Part shown: positions 32,924 to 33,752 of the stretch, piece by piece
How the letters are laid out: the number at the start of each line of letters is the position of its first letter
Numbering within the stretch: the first letter of the stretch is position 1
From: an uncultured Halobacteriales archaeon
Lineage (GTDB): Archaea > Halobacteriota > Halobacteria > Halobacteriales > SW-7-71-33
Direction: 5' to 3'
Length of the DNA: 33,752 nucleotides
NCBI GenBank assembly: GCA_964593395.1
Contig: CAZQHW010000005.1
Span: forward strand, 1 to 33,752
Notes under the pieces: model-generated
The model's database searches: none
What the model saw: the letters and a program-made list of their open reading frames with translations, nothing else
Told to the model about the DNA's origin: nothing
Program-made: the position numbers and the translations under genes

Positions 32924-33634
32924 ATGACCGAGCAGGGAGTCGACCTCCACGAGTCGCTCGACGGGCAGGTGGCGCTCGTGACGGGCGCGACACGAGGCAT
33001 CGGCGAACGGATCGCCACCGACCTCGACGAGATGGGGGCGACGGTGTACGCCGGCGCCCGCGACACCGACGACGTGACCGCCGAGACCCAGCGGGCCGTC
33101 CGCTTGGACGTCACCGAGGACGACCAGGTCGCACGGGCGGCCGACCGGATCCGCGAGGAGGCCGGCGGACTGGACGTGCTCGTGAACAACGCGGGAATCT
33201 TCCCCGAGACGGGGCCGCTGCACGAGGCGTCCACCCGGGACCTCGACCGCACGCTCGACGTCAACCTCCGCGGGCCGACGGTCGTCACAAAGCACTGTCT
33301 GCCGCTCATGCTCGACCGGACGGGGCCACGCGTGGTGACGCTGTCCTCGGACCTGGGACGGTTCACCGGCGGCGAGATGGGCAGTTCGTACCCACCCTAC
33401 CGCCTCTCGAAGGTCGGCGTCGCGGGACTGACCGCTTACTTGCACGCGGAGTACGCCGACCGGGGACTGCTCGCGAACGCCGTCGTGCCGGGGTGGGTCC
33501 GGACCGACATGGGCGGGCCACAGGCGCCACGGGACCTCGCCGAGGGCGCTGACACTCCAGTGTGGCTGTCACGGTTCTCGCCCGGCAGTCCCGCTGGTCG
33601 ACTGTGGAAGGACCGCGCGGCCGTGGAGTGGTGA
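32924..33634 (+). CDS. SDR family oxidoreductase (short-chain dehydrogenase/reductase)
   Basis: 236-aa ORF. Cofactor motif VTGATRGIGERIA (TGxxxGxG), NNAG, and catalytic YxxxK (YRLSK) preceded by a Ser. Confidence 0.9.
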   Translation: MTEQGVDLHESLDGQVALVTGATRGIGERIATDLDEMGATVYAGARDTDDVTAETQRAVRLDVTEDDQVARAADRIREEAGGLDVLVNNAGIFPETGPLHEASTRDLDRTLDVNLRGPTVVTKHCLPLMLDRTGPRVVTLSSDLGRFTGGEMGSSYPPYRLSKVGVAGLTAYLHAEYADRGLLANAVVPGWVRTDMGGPQAPRDLAEGADTPVWLSRFSPGSPAGRLWKDRAAVEW

Positions 33635-33700
33635 CCGGACGAGTCACAGCGGGTGCGACGGGGGCCGCGTCTTTAGGTCGTGGCGGGGCAACGAGAGCGT

Positions 33701-33752
33701 ATGGCTGCTATCGAGACGGTGGGACTCCGAAAGGAGTTCGGTGACGTGGTGG
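33701..33752 (+). CDS. 5-prime fragment of a probable ABC transporter ATP-binding protein (truncated by the window end)
   Basis: The ATG at 33701 opens MAAIETVGLRKEFGDVV. This is the stereotyped N-terminus of ABC ATPase subunits (..I...L.K.FG...). Only 17 codons are visible. Confidence 0.4.
   Translation, partial: MAAIETVGLRKEFGDVV

Overview
High-GC window with an acidic proteome, frequent twin-arginine signal peptides, a HalX-type response regulator and a 7TM-PAS histidine kinase. It is almost certainly from a haloarchaeon (class Halobacteria). I found no rRNA, tRNA, CRISPR array, transposase or integrase.

Positions 1-19.6 kb look like ordinary housekeeping or accessory genes:
- small membrane proteins
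- a fasciclin protein
- an HpcH/HpaI aldolase
- a GNAT acetyltransferase
- an MFS transporter
- an FNT channel
- a secreted 7-bladed beta-propeller protein
- an S9 peptidase
- a tightly coupled histidine kinase / CBS / HalX-regulator operon
- a Zn/Cd-type P1B ATPase

The least ordinary region is the minus-strand block at 19.6-24.4 kb. It holds:
- a minimal nucleotidyltransferase
- a 660-aa virus-tail-fibre-like protein: a receptor-binding-type N-terminus, about 22 Gly-rich repeats of roughly 15 residues, and a C-terminal S74-type intramolecular chaperone plus coiled coil
- a 32% threonine Tat lipoprotein, which lies immediately upstream of the tail-fibre-like gene
- a two-gene pair made of an HExxH gluzincin-like protein and an acidic partner

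No capsid, portal, terminase, sheath or integrase gene accompanies this block.

Downstream lie an RND/MMPL exporter and an Upf1-like SF1 helicase. After those comes a partition-like cassette: a lower-GC repeat array, a ParA-type ATPase whose Walker A lacks the signature lysine, and an overlapping acidic gene with a ribbon-helix-helix-like C-terminus. This cassette suggests a secondary replicon or an integrated plasmid.

I cannot prove a novel system from sequence alone. The tail-fibre/lipoprotein/metalloprotease block and the partition cassette are the best candidates. All functional calls come from motif recognition by eye, with no database search.
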